Numbered from the stretch's first letter, positions 47,207-56,447 are shown. The stretch is DNA of 64,000 nt from an uncultured bacterium (GCA_964412225.1 CAYPNB010000003.1:58971-122970); one strand, 5' to 3'. The notes: generated by a model not told the origin, from the letters alone. Numbers and translations are program-made.

Positions 47207-47737
47207 ATAAAACGGGATGGTTTTGAGGACCGCCCCAAAGCCAACGAGCAAATTCGAGTGCCATATGTAATGGTTATTGGTGTGGATAAAAGACCAATTG
47301 GAATTATGCCCACACGGGAAGCGATTGCGCTGGCAAAACGCCAAAACCTAGATTTGGTAATGTTAGCGCCGAAAGAGGAGCCACCAGTATGTGGAATTCT
47401 GGATCTGGGACGATACCTTTACGAGCAAAAAACAAAACAGAAGGAATCAAAGAAGAAACAACATCAAACTCAAATACGGGAAATGCGGATGAAAATGAGA
47501 ATTGATCGCCATGATTACGAAGTCAAACTAAAAAAGATGCGGGAATTCCTTGCCGAACGAGACCGAATCCGTCTTGTCCTCTGGCTTCGGGGTAGAGAGG
47601 TGCTTCATACAGACCTGGCTTATAAACTTATTGAAAGAATTCGTTCCGATTTGGCGGATGTAGCCAAGGTGGAAGGAAGCATCAAATTTCAAAACGAAGG
47701 CCGCAAATCGATACAATTGATGTTGGTGCCAAAATGA
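47207..47737 (+). CDS. infC: Translation initiation factor IF-3; non-canonical start (ATA 47207 or CTG 47186)
   Basis: ANEQIRVPYVMVIG lies upstream of the first GTG; LDLV..PPVCGILDLGRY; HDYEVKL; thrS-infC-rpmI-rplT order. Confidence 0.93.
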   Translation: MKRDGFEDRPKANEQIRVPYVMVIGVDKRPIGIMPTREAIALAKRQNLDLVMLAPKEEPPVCGILDLGRYLYEQKTKQKESKKKQHQTQIREMRMKMRIDRHDYEVKLKKMREFLAERDRIRLVLWLRGREVLHTDLAYKLIERIRSDLADVAKVEGSIKFQNEGRKSIQLMLVPK

Positions 47738-47934
47738 AGAAAAAAATTAAAACAGTCAGTTCGCTAAAAAAACGGATAAAGTGTACCGCTACGGGGAAAT
47801 ATCGTCATCAATGTAGTGGAACAAGTCATAACAACAGTGTAAAAAGTAGCAAGCGGAAACGCCGTCTCCATCGCATGGTGGTAGTTGATTCTACCCGCCG
47901 GAAAGCGTTAAGACGGCTTCTTCCTTATGAGTAA
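47734..47934 (+). CDS. rpmI: 50S ribosomal protein L35
   Basis: KIKT.SS.KKR.K.TATGK, KSSKRKRRL; operon context. Confidence 0.92.
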   Translation: MKKKIKTVSSLKKRIKCTATGKYRHQCSGTSHNNSVKSSKRKRRLHRMVVVDSTRRKALRRLLPYE

Positions 47935-47943
47935 AGGAGTCAT

Positions 47944-48303
47944 ATGGCACGCGTTAAAACTGGACCGGTAACGAGAAAACGACGGAAAAAATGGCTAAAA
48001 CAAGCCAAGGGTTACTGGGGTGGAAAGTCACGTTTGTATAAATCTGCCCGGTTACAAGTAATGCACGGACTGCTCAGTGCTTATCGGGACCGCAAACAGA
48101 AAAAAAGGGTTTTTCGCTCATTGATGATTACCCGGATTAATGCGGCACTGGAACCCCATGATTTAAGTTATAACCAGTTCATTCATGGGTTGAAAGTCGC
48201 GGGCGTTGTTCTTGATCGCAGCGTTTTATCAGAAGTGGCAATTCGGTCAACAGAAGATTTCACTCAACTGGTTGAAATAGCGAAACAGGCTTTGAAAAAT
48301 TGA
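47944..48303 (+). CDS. rplT: 50S ribosomal protein L20
   Basis: MARVK, AKGYWG, AYRDRKQKKR.FR.L.ITRINAA. Confidence 0.97.
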   Translation: MARVKTGPVTRKRRKKWLKQAKGYWGGKSRLYKSARLQVMHGLLSAYRDRKQKKRVFRSLMITRINAALEPHDLSYNQFIHGLKVAGVVLDRSVLSEVAIRSTEDFTQLVEIAKQALKN

Positions 48304-48331
48304 TTTGTTCTGTTAGTAGATAAAGAGAAAA

Positions 48332-48406
48332 TCGGGGCGACCAGATTTGAACTGGTGACCCCCAGCACCCCAAGCTGGTGCGCTAAACCAACTGCGCTAC
48401 GCCCCG
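48332..48406 (-). tRNA. tRNA-Pro(GGG), CCA not encoded
   Basis: CGGGGCG/CGCCCCG acceptor stem, CCAGC-TTGGGGT-GCTGG, TTCAAAT loop. Confidence 0.96.
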
Positions 48407-48412
48407 CACCTA

Positions 48413-48440
48413 ATCGTAATAAAAATCTATTTTAAGTCAA
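48413..48440 (-). promoter_or_regulatory. sigma70-type promoter of tRNA-Pro
   Basis: TTGACT-N16-TACGAT, 6 nt to tRNA position 1. Confidence 0.75.
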
Positions 48441-48569
48441 GTGCTCTCTGTTGCTGTTAAAATCGCCAACTTTCTGTACCGAGCCAACCTTTTGTCGCTA
48501 TTTAACCGGTGGTCATTTATGCCGCGAAAGAGACTATAACCGGACTAATTTAGAATTAATTGATTGGCG

Positions 48570-48597
48570 TTGACAATCGGAAGGCAATTTTTATAAT
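48570..48597 (+). promoter_or_regulatory. sigma70-type promoter (leaderless or near-leaderless) of the HDAC-GT operon
   Basis: Exact TTGACA-N16-TATAAT, 8 nt to ATG 48606; no SD. Confidence 0.88.
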
Positions 48598-48605
48598 TCA
48601 AACTG

Positions 48606-49532
48606 ATGAGATTTGTTTATTCTGATCGCTATTATTTTGACGTTGGTGCCCATGTGTTTCCCACTGACAAATACAAAAAGGTGAAACAGCGTTTACTTGC
48701 CGAAGGGCTTGCCCAACCAACCGATTTCTTTGAACCTCCAGAACCATCTTTAGACGACATCAGGCTTGTTCATACCAAACAGTACATTGAAGATCTATTA
48801 AACCTTCGCTGGACATCCCGGACGGTTAACTCGGAATTGCCCCTTACGTGGGAGATCGTTCAGGGGTATTTTCTCCACACCTCCGGAACCATTCTGACCT
48901 GTCGCTTTGCGTTAGAAGATAAAATTGCGATGCATTTGGGCGGCGGCTTTCACCATGCATTTGCCGACCACGGCGAGGGATTCTGTTATGTTAATGATAT
49001 TGCCGTGGCAATTAAAAAACTTCAGGTGGAAAATAAAATAGAACGAGCGGCGGTCATTGATTGCGATCTCCATCAAGGCAATGGTACAGCGCGGATATTC
49101 CAAAATGATCCGCGGGTATTTACCTTTTCAATTCACCAGGAACACCTTTATCCCATCAAAGAAAAATCCACGTGGGATATTGGGCTTGAAGACGAAACCG
49201 GTGATGATGAGTATCTCCGTCACTTACTTGAGGCAATCCCCAAAATCATTTTAGAACACAAACCCCAAATGGTTATTTATGTCGCCGGTGCCGATCCCTA
49301 TATGAACGATCAATTGGGGGCCTTAAGATTAACAAAACGCGGGCTGGCTTTGCGGGACCGAATTGTGCTTGAACATTGTTATAAAAACAACGTCCCGGTG
49401 GCAACGGTTCTAGCCGGGGGTTACGCTATTAACACCGAGGATACAGTAGAAATTCACACCAACACCGGACGAGAATGCCTCCGGGTACTCGGGCAATTAC
49501 CGCTTGATTCTGCCTCTGAACCAACTATCTAA
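48606..49532 (+). CDS. Zn-dependent histone-deacetylase-family protein
   Basis: HVFPTDKY, GGGFHHA, GFCYVNDIA, DCDLHQGNG, GADPY..D.LG, GGY. Confidence 0.93.
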   Translation: MRFVYSDRYYFDVGAHVFPTDKYKKVKQRLLAEGLAQPTDFFEPPEPSLDDIRLVHTKQYIEDLLNLRWTSRTVNSELPLTWEIVQGYFLHTSGTILTCRFALEDKIAMHLGGGFHHAFADHGEGFCYVNDIAVAIKKLQVENKIERAAVIDCDLHQGNGTARIFQNDPRVFTFSIHQEHLYPIKEKSTWDIGLEDETGDDEYLRHLLEAIPKIILEHKPQMVIYVAGADPYMNDQLGALRLTKRGLALRDRIVLEHCYKNNVPVATVLAGGYAINTEDTVEIHTNTGRECLRVLGQLPLDSASEPTI

Positions 49533-50714
49533 TTGAAGACAAAACTGTCTCCTCGGAAAAATCGCTTTAAGAAAGAAGGCCATGTCTGTCTTTTCACTTC
49601 ATCTCACCCGGTTGATTATTCACGTTTTTTTGACCGTGAAAGTATTTCTTTAAAACAGGCTGGTTATCGGGTAACGTTAATCGGAACAGGGGGGAAGTTA
49701 GAAAACAATTTGATTCAGGGAATAAAAACCATTTCTGTTCCTCAGAAAAACGGAGTTAAAAAAATCAGCCTACTCCGAAATATTGCACAGATTGCCTATT
49801 TAGAGCATGCCGATGTTTATCAGGCCCTTGACCCCTGGTGTTTAGCCATTGGCTTGTGGTTGAAAAAACAACGCCCCAGCATTAAATTAATTTACGAATC
49901 GAACGAGTGGTATCCAAGAATGTATCTTGACCGCGGTGATTTTCCTTTCTTTTTGCGTTGGCTGGGGTGGTTAATAGTAACCTATCTTGAGTATGAAGCC
50001 ACAAAAAAAGCCGACGAGATACTAGAAACTAATCCGCTTCGAGCACAACGGTTTATAAGAAGAAATCGCATTCCGGTTCAGATTCCCAACTATGCTCCTT
50101 TGGAGCTCATCGGCGAGCCTCTTCCCAAACGGGAACCGTGGTTTTGTTACACCGGTTTAATATGCCGCCCCCGAGGGTTTCCACAACTCTTAAAAGCATT
50201 AAAAATGGTTAAAACTGAGTTTCCAATGGTCCGCCTTCTGGTTCGGGGAGAATTTGACCCCCGGGATAACATCAAACAATGGACAGAAGAGTTTCTTCTT
50301 CAAAACCGGTTAACCGAAAACGTCGTTTTTATTCCCAAAACACCATTTTATTCCGAACTTCTAAAGACTTTAAAGTTCTGTCTTGCCGGAGTAATTTTAT
50401 TACAACGGGATAGGGGAAATGATTGGACCAACCAGCCCAACAAACTTTTTGAGTTTATGGGCTGCGGCTTGGCGGTCATTGCCAGTGATTTTCCAGAAAT
50501 TGCCCGGGTGATAGAAGAATCAAATTGCGGATGGCTTATTGATCCCACCCAACCAGCCGCTATTGCCGCAGCACTAACCATGGCATTGAGAAAACCGGAG
50601 GAGGCTATCCGGCGGGGATTAGCCGGAAGGGAAGCTGCAGAAAAAAAATACAACTGGAAAATTGCGGAAACAACGTTATTGAAGACATATAAAAGACTCC
50701 TAAATATAAAATGA
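49533..50714 (+). CDS. Glycosyltransferase family 4
   Basis: HPVDYSRFF, YTGLICRPRG, PNKLFEFMGCGLAVIASDF. Confidence 0.88.
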   Translation: MKTKLSPRKNRFKKEGHVCLFTSSHPVDYSRFFDRESISLKQAGYRVTLIGTGGKLENNLIQGIKTISVPQKNGVKKISLLRNIAQIAYLEHADVYQALDPWCLAIGLWLKKQRPSIKLIYESNEWYPRMYLDRGDFPFFLRWLGWLIVTYLEYEATKKADEILETNPLRAQRFIRRNRIPVQIPNYAPLELIGEPLPKREPWFCYTGLICRPRGFPQLLKALKMVKTEFPMVRLLVRGEFDPRDNIKQWTEEFLLQNRLTENVVFIPKTPFYSELLKTLKFCLAGVILLQRDRGNDWTNQPNKLFEFMGCGLAVIASDFPEIARVIEESNCGWLIDPTQPAAIAAALTMALRKPEEAIRRGLAGREAAEKKYNWKIAETTLLKTYKRLLNIK

Positions 50715-52216
50715 TCTGCCTCCTAAAGCCGGATAAATATTTAGAGGAAATTTTAAGGCAAGAAGGAGTAGCTTATTCTACTGTCCCGACCCCGGACAGC
50801 CGCATTTTTATAGACAGCAGCACAAATTACTTAATCCTAAGCACATCAAAAGAGCAAATATCTACTTTTAACGGGAGGCGAAAGAAAATTAATTTTTTGA
50901 TTCCCGACGACAGCAACTTTTTCTCCAATGTTCATTTAGTAGATATTGGAGCGGTTTGTTGGGTTCCGGTAAATGCCAATATCGGACGAAGTGATAGGGG
51001 AGATGCTACCGTCTTTTATTCTCAAGATCCGGACACAGGAGAACAGATCTTTATCCTACCATTGAAGACCTCTCAGATTCTCACCCATCGAGGAATGCGC
51101 GCAAAACAGTTTTTCTGCCAAAGTGCTAGATTACCCTACGAAACGGTGGCAGTGGTTGACCGAGGAGGGATTAGAAGATTAATTGCCGCCAGTCTCCGGA
51201 CATTGTTTTTTAAGCTCGGCCTTCCTTATATACATCTTGCCTATGTGCCTTCTGGTGGATGTTCTATATTGGGATTCCGGGTCGACACCGATTTCGGTAC
51301 CTTTTCTGTAGTAAAAAGAGCAGCCCAATTGGCTGACAAACTCGGTATGCACTGGACCTGGTTTATTCATACCGAACCGGTTGCCGGCGAAATTAAAGAA
51401 TTTAAGAAAATACTTTTTTACCACGATCTGCAACTTCACTGCCATAAACACCTGGTTTATCCAGACGTTAAACGAAATATAATTAACTTCTCTAACGGTA
51501 AGAAATTATTAAACATAAATGATATTTATCCTATTGGAGCAGCGGCTCCTTATGGTGAATGGAACTACAATCTCTATCGGGCATTTTCTGAAATCGGGCT
51601 TGCGTACTCTTCGGAATTTGGATATGCATATGACGACCTTCCGTCAAGGCCAATAGTTGATGGAATACCGGGTAACACAGTTCAAATCCCGGTACATCCT
51701 ATTTCGCTGGGAAGGCTGGTATGGGCGCGGGCTGATCGGAAGGCAATCTTTGCCTATTATCGGAAGGTAATAGATTTACAGGCTGCCCGCCGAGAGCCCT
51801 GTTTCCTTTATGACCATCCCCGCTGGATTATAGATTACCAAGATGTTTTAGGGGATGTGCTAAAATATGGAATGGAACGTTGTGGTAATTGGAGCACCTT
51901 AACTGATTACTACCGTTGGTGGCAATTGCGAGAACAAATTTCTTACAATGTAAAATTAAATGGAAACGATCTTGATCTGCAGGTAGAAACAGAAGGAAAC
52001 CGTGTTTCTCTAGCCGTAGAATTTTGCGATAAAATAGCCTTCATGCCACTATGCTCAGGCAGGATAAACCTTACTCTCCTTGAATGGCAACCTACGTTGC
52101 CACCAATTATTTTTGATCCCAAAGAGCTCTCTACTCGCAAATCAAACTGGAAGTTACTTGTCTACGAGAAAATAAGACAATGCCAAAAACTGTTGCAGAT
52201 GAGGGGGCGGTATTGA
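50711..52216 (+). CDS. Polysaccharide deacetylase-like (NodB-type barrel) protein
   Basis: RVDTD, WTWFI, QLHCHKH, AAPYG, YSSE, LYDHP. Confidence 0.65.
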   Translation: MICLLKPDKYLEEILRQEGVAYSTVPTPDSRIFIDSSTNYLILSTSKEQISTFNGRRKKINFLIPDDSNFFSNVHLVDIGAVCWVPVNANIGRSDRGDATVFYSQDPDTGEQIFILPLKTSQILTHRGMRAKQFFCQSARLPYETVAVVDRGGIRRLIAASLRTLFFKLGLPYIHLAYVPSGGCSILGFRVDTDFGTFSVVKRAAQLADKLGMHWTWFIHTEPVAGEIKEFKKILFYHDLQLHCHKHLVYPDVKRNIINFSNGKKLLNINDIYPIGAAAPYGEWNYNLYRAFSEIGLAYSSEFGYAYDDLPSRPIVDGIPGNTVQIPVHPISLGRLVWARADRKAIFAYYRKVIDLQAARREPCFLYDHPRWIIDYQDVLGDVLKYGMERCGNWSTLTDYYRWWQLREQISYNVKLNGNDLDLQVETEGNRVSLAVEFCDKIAFMPLCSGRINLTLLEWQPTLPPIIFDPKELSTRKSNWKLLVYEKIRQCQKLLQMRGRY

Positions 52217-52217
52217 A

Positions 52218-53273
52218 ATGAAAATTTTATTTGGTTCCTTTCCCGCAATAACAGTTTTGGGGGGAGGGGTGGAAAGACAGACGCGCTCTCTTGCTAAAGT
52301 TCTAAAAGAACAAGGGGTGGATGTTGTTTTGTTTAATCCTTGGGAAAAATATAAATTAGCCGATTTTGACATTTTTCACCTTTTTGGCGCTAATGTAGGT
52401 ACCTATCACCTGGGAAGGGCAATTAAAAATCTGGGAATGAAACTAATTGTCAGCCCGATTTTTTACAGCCGCCATTCTCCCAAACGATTGAAAGCGACAT
52501 TAAAACTGGCATCAATCTTACGTCTTTACGGGGGCTTCTGGACTGAACACCTTTTTGTTAATGAGTTGTGTAACATGGCCGATTTAATTCTTACCAATAC
52601 CCAAGAAGAATATCACCTCATTACCCGCGCATTTGGCGTTCCCGATAAAAAAGTCGGAGTAGTTCCCAATGGTGTTGACCGCGAATTTTTTTACGCTACT
52701 CCAAACTTATTCATCGAACAGTTCGGTATAAAAGATTTTGTTCTTTATGTCGGTCATATTGGCTTGGGGAGGAAAAATCTCCTGCCGCTTTTACAGGTAA
52801 TTAGAAAACTGGGTATCCCTTGTGTTATTATTGGAAAAGTATTACAAAACGATTACGCCGCGAAGTGCCAGCAACTGATAGCCCAAACCCCTTCTATAAA
52901 GTTAATTTCCGAATTACCTCCGGATTCACCGCTACTGGTATCGGCGTACGCAGCCTGTGATACCTTTATACTACCGTCTCTCTATGAAACTCCGGGATTG
53001 GCGGCACTGGAAGCCGGTTTAGCCGGTGCTAAAATTTGTATTACCGACCAGGGGGGTACAAAGGAATATTTCGGCAATTATGTCACCTATTTAAATCCCC
53101 GCTCAGAATCATCAATTGAGCAGGCATTGAGAAAAACTTTAGCAAAACCGAAAACAAATGCTTTAAAACATCACATTTACAGCGAATTTTTGTGGGAGAA
53201 ATGTGGCCAGAAACTCATCGAGACATACACTCATTTTTTAAAGAGGAGAGCAAGCAACTCCTTTAACACCTAA
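52218..53273 (+). CDS. Glycosyltransferase family 4
   Basis: GGGVERQ, VVPNGVD, LPSLYETPGLAALEAG. Confidence 0.9.
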   Translation: MKILFGSFPAITVLGGGVERQTRSLAKVLKEQGVDVVLFNPWEKYKLADFDIFHLFGANVGTYHLGRAIKNLGMKLIVSPIFYSRHSPKRLKATLKLASILRLYGGFWTEHLFVNELCNMADLILTNTQEEYHLITRAFGVPDKKVGVVPNGVDREFFYATPNLFIEQFGIKDFVLYVGHIGLGRKNLLPLLQVIRKLGIPCVIIGKVLQNDYAAKCQQLIAQTPSIKLISELPPDSPLLVSAYAACDTFILPSLYETPGLAALEAGLAGAKICITDQGGTKEYFGNYVTYLNPRSESSIEQALRKTLAKPKTNALKHHIYSEFLWEKCGQKLIETYTHFLKRRASNSFNT

Positions 53274-53296
53274 ACATTTGAATGCACCTCATTTAT

Positions 53297-53324
53297 AGTT
53301 TACATAATACATATTATCAGAAAA
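53297..53324 (-). other. dif: Chromosomal dif site (XerCD recombination site)
   Basis: Minus strand TTTTCTGATAA-TATGTA-TTATGTAAACT: 11-6-11 layout, inner ATAA/TTAT symmetry, XerD arm of the Bacillus-type dif; intergenic between convergent genes. Confidence 0.88.
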
Positions 53325-53350
53325 CAAGCTGGCCGTTAATTCTGTGCGGG

Positions 53351-53713
53351 TTAGAATTTAAACCAGTTCTGCGCCATTTCGCCCAGTAAGGGCATCTTCC
53401 AGTATTTTCCGTTTAGTGCGTTGATAATCCCCATTATTGCTAGGACAAGCCCAAAAATATACCCCAGTGGCAATATTATCCAGCCAATGACGGGTATTGC
53501 CCCCAGTATGCTGATTGCAACAAACCAAATCGTTAATATAATCCCCTGTTTTGCGTGGAATTTGCAATAGGTGTTTTCTTTCATCGCCAAAAGCGGAACT
53601 AACCAAAGAATTCCAAGATAAGACAACCAAGCTAATCCCTTTCCCTTTTCGACATCATCGTCGTTTAACGGCGGCACCTGTGGGCTTTCGACTTTTTTGT
53701 TTTCTTCTGCCAT
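53351..53713 (-). CDS. DUF4870/Tic20-like small membrane protein
   Basis: LAWLSYLGILWLVPLL, FHAKQG, GKYWKMPLLG; SD AAGGAGG before ATG 53713. Confidence 0.85.
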   Translation of the reverse strand: MAEENKKVESPQVPPLNDDDVEKGKGLAWLSYLGILWLVPLLAMKENTYCKFHAKQGIILTIWFVAISILGAIPVIGWIILPLGYIFGLVLAIMGIINALNGKYWKMPLLGEMAQNWFKF

Positions 53714-53735
53714 TATAACCTCCTTTTGGTTATTA

Positions 53736-54143
53736 CTAAACCGACCTGATACGCAGTCTTTCAATATACATACTCAGTACCGGAATGCGCCAGTACTGAC
53801 CGGCTGCCGCTTGAATAAAACAAACTATTACGAGTATAATGTATATCAATGAAACTACAGTTCCGCCCACATAATGAATCAGCCATGCCGACAATTTAAA
53901 GACAAATCCGACAAGAATAACGTTGGCGAGAACCTTTCCCAGAATAAAGTCAAGAATATAAACCCCGAACCAGAAGACAACCAAAGTAGCTAGAAGTAAT
54001 CCGCTCTGAATTGCATGAAATCGACAGAATTTGTCGTTAGGCTGGGCAAGTAATGGTAAAAGAAAAAACATGGGGAAATACCCTATCGCTGCCAATATTC
54101 GGATTTCTTGGGGCAAAGACTCGTCTTTTTCGTGCAGTTCCAT
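53736..54143 (-). CDS. DUF4870/Tic20-like small membrane protein (paralog)
   Basis: LAAIGYFPMFFLLPLL, FHAIQS, GQYWRIPVL. Confidence 0.85.
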   Translation of the reverse strand: MELHEKDESLPQEIRILAAIGYFPMFFLLPLLAQPNDKFCRFHAIQSGLLLATLVVFWFGVYILDFILGKVLANVILVGFVFKLSAWLIHYVGGTVVSLIYIILVIVCFIQAAAGQYWRIPVLSMYIERLRIRSV

Positions 54144-54157
54144 TTCTATGTGGTTTA

Positions 54158-54185
54158 ATTATAGCAAGTTAATGTCCTCTGTCAA
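54158..54185 (-). promoter_or_regulatory. sigma70-type promoter of the DUF4870 pair
   Basis: Exact TTGACA-N16-TATAAT, 14 nt to ATG 54143. Confidence 0.85.
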
Positions 54186-54558
54186 AGAGTTCAATTTGAG
54201 GACAACATTCAGCATATGCACTTTCCAAAATTCGGGTTTAGAGAAACCTTTCTAATAAATCTTTGCCCCCTCCTCCATTAATTCTCAATCTAAAATTTAA
54301 GCCTCGATCTTTATTAACAATTATTATCGGATTAGAAATCAAAATCACCCCGATGACAAAATTGAGTATAGCTAACGGGACAGCCCCTCCACCGTTACAT
54401 CAACTGTCTCTAAAAATTTCAACCCCCTTACAAATCGTTACTTAGGACGACAATCCTAATGTTGAGGCGTTAATTATTGTTAATCTCGGGCTCTTAATGA
54501 ATTAAGAAGTTTTTCCCGCTTCATTCTGCTACTCGCTTTACTTCTTTTTGTTCACTAC

Positions 54559-54586
54559 TTGACTTATAATAAACTCCATTTACCAT
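54559..54586 (+). promoter_or_regulatory. sigma70-type promoter (leaderless) of the lptE-rlmD operon
   Basis: TTGACT-N16-TACCAT, 6 nt to ATG 54593. Confidence 0.7.
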
Positions 54587-54592
54587 AAAGTT

Positions 54593-55108
54593 ATGAAAGT
54601 AATGGTGGCGATAGGGAAAGCAATCTGTTACTGGATGTGTAAAAATTTGCCCTTTTTTGTATTATTTCTGGTTTTTTGCGGGTACTCCACCCACTCCTTA
54701 CTTCCCTCGCATCTTAAAACCGTAGCGCTTGTTGAAATAACGAATTCAGCCCCTCAACCCGGTTTAGCTGAGGAATTAAATGGAATTTTAGTCAAAGCGT
54801 TTAACACTGATAGGACTCTAAGAGTAACTAGCAGCGCTCAAGCAAACCTTGCGCTATCCGTTATTATTAACAATTACTCACGAACTGCTGCTGTCTACGA
54901 TGCCAATCAGGTTATATCGGCCTATGAAATAACGATCGGAGCTCAAGTAGAAGCTTTTGACCAGGTACGTGACGAACCATTTTTCAGCGGCATAGTTTCC
55001 TGTCGCCTTCCTTATAATCCTGATGAAAAATCAGAGGAGGAAGCAATAAAACTCGCCTTAGAAAAACTCGCTCAAGAAATTGTTCGTCAAGTATTAACCG
55101 CATGGTAA
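54593..55108 (+). CDS. lptE: LptE-family LPS assembly lipoprotein
   Basis: Hydrophobic stretch then C-GYS; LPSHLKTVA...N..PGLAEEL; QEIVRQVLTAW. Confidence 0.75.
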   Translation: MKVMVAIGKAICYWMCKNLPFFVLFLVFCGYSTHSLLPSHLKTVALVEITNSAPQPGLAEELNGILVKAFNTDRTLRVTSSAQANLALSVIINNYSRTAAVYDANQVISAYEITIGAQVEAFDQVRDEPFFSGIVSCRLPYNPDEKSEEEAIKLALEKLAQEIVRQVLTAW

Positions 55109-56442
55109 CCAAAACCATTTCAATTAACAGCGATAAAGTCGAATTGTTTGTGGAACGGTTGATTCCCGGAGGATATGGTCTGGCAAAATTGAATGGTTTG
55201 AGGATTTTTATCCCATACGCCGCACCTGAAGAACAAATAAAAGCAAAAATCGTTCTCCGCAAAAAGGATTACGCGGTGGCTAAGATCGAAGATATTGTAA
55301 TCCCCTCCCCGTTTCGGGTTACCCCAGCTTGTGTTTATTACAGCCGCTGCGGCGGTTGTCAGTTTCAGCATCTTAGTTACCCCAGTCAATTGGTAATAAA
55401 AAAATTATTTGTAAACGATGCCCTGCAGCGAATTGGTAAAATATTTGTTCCGGTAGACAATATCTCATTTCGTTCGTCAGAATGGCGTTATCGCAATAAA
55501 ACCCAGTATCCTGTGGCGGGCAAAGAGCGGGTAAAAATCGGTTTTTACCAAAGCGGAACCCACCATCTAATAAATATTTCTAAGTGTCTTTTGCACCCGG
55601 AAAATTTTGACCAGCTGCGTAACACTGTAATTGACGTTCTCCGGCGGACCGGCGAAGTTCCCTACGATGAAAAAACACACAGGGGCAATATACGGCATTT
55701 GATTTTTCGCCAAGGATACGGGGGAGAAATTTTGATTGTTGTAGTTACCAGAACCAACCAACTCAAGCCTCAATTGGTTAAAGAATTGGCTGACTTTCCT
55801 AGTGTCATGGGAATACTTCAAAACATCAATCCGGAACGGACAAATAGAATACTGGGGAGTAAAATGGTGCCCTTGTGGGGCAAGACCCATCTGGAAATGC
55901 GGGTTATGGGGAAAAAGTTTCGGGTTTCTGCCGGGTCGTTCTTCCAGGTGAACATCCCTCAAGCCGAGGAGTTATGTCGTAAGGTTATAAAAGCAATAGA
56001 ACCGTCAGGGACTGAATTGGTCGTTGATTTATTTAGCGGCGTAGGTATGCTCAGCCTTATTCTTGCTGAAAAAGTTAGCCAGGTCAAAGGAATTGAAATT
56101 GATCCCACTGCCGTGGAAGACGCTATCTCTAACTCCGAAAATATGGGTTTTAAAAACGTGGAATTTATAAATGGGAAAGTGGAACGGGTTTTTCAAAGTA
56201 TCACCGCGGCCGATGTAGTTATACTTGACCCCCCCCGAAAAGGTTGCCCGCCGGAAACACTTTTGCACATTGGAAAAATTAATCCCGGAATCGTGATTTA
56301 TGTCTCGTGCAATCCGACTACTCTTGCCCGTGATTTGAAAATCCTGGAAGAACAGGGGTATTCCTGCGAACAGGTAGAACCTTTGGATATGTTTCCTCAA
56401 ACAGCCCATGTAGAAGTGGTAGCGAAACTCACTCGGAAATAA
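55102..56442 (+). CDS. rlmD: 23S rRNA m5U1939 methyltransferase
   Basis: TRAM domain, CVYYSRCGGCQFQH, SFFQVN, LDPPRKG, YVSCNPTTLARD, DMFPQTAHVE. Confidence 0.94.
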   Translation: MVTKTISINSDKVELFVERLIPGGYGLAKLNGLRIFIPYAAPEEQIKAKIVLRKKDYAVAKIEDIVIPSPFRVTPACVYYSRCGGCQFQHLSYPSQLVIKKLFVNDALQRIGKIFVPVDNISFRSSEWRYRNKTQYPVAGKERVKIGFYQSGTHHLINISKCLLHPENFDQLRNTVIDVLRRTGEVPYDEKTHRGNIRHLIFRQGYGGEILIVVVTRTNQLKPQLVKELADFPSVMGILQNINPERTNRILGSKMVPLWGKTHLEMRVMGKKFRVSAGSFFQVNIPQAEELCRKVIKAIEPSGTELVVDLFSGVGMLSLILAEKVSQVKGIEIDPTAVEDAISNSENMGFKNVEFINGKVERVFQSITAADVVILDPPRKGCPPETLLHIGKINPGIVIYVSCNPTTLARDLKILEEQGYSCEQVEPLDMFPQTAHVEVVAKLTRK

Positions 56443-56447
56443 GTAAG

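Noticed and set aside
54190-54555. AT-rich spacer with small dyads (TTAGGA-N6-TCCTAA at 54442-54459; TCTTAAT-GA-ATTAAGA at 54492-54507) and ORF 54263-54445
   Set aside because: Short AT-rich dyads are expected by chance. No credible protein or repeat array is present, and there is no CRISPR periodicity.
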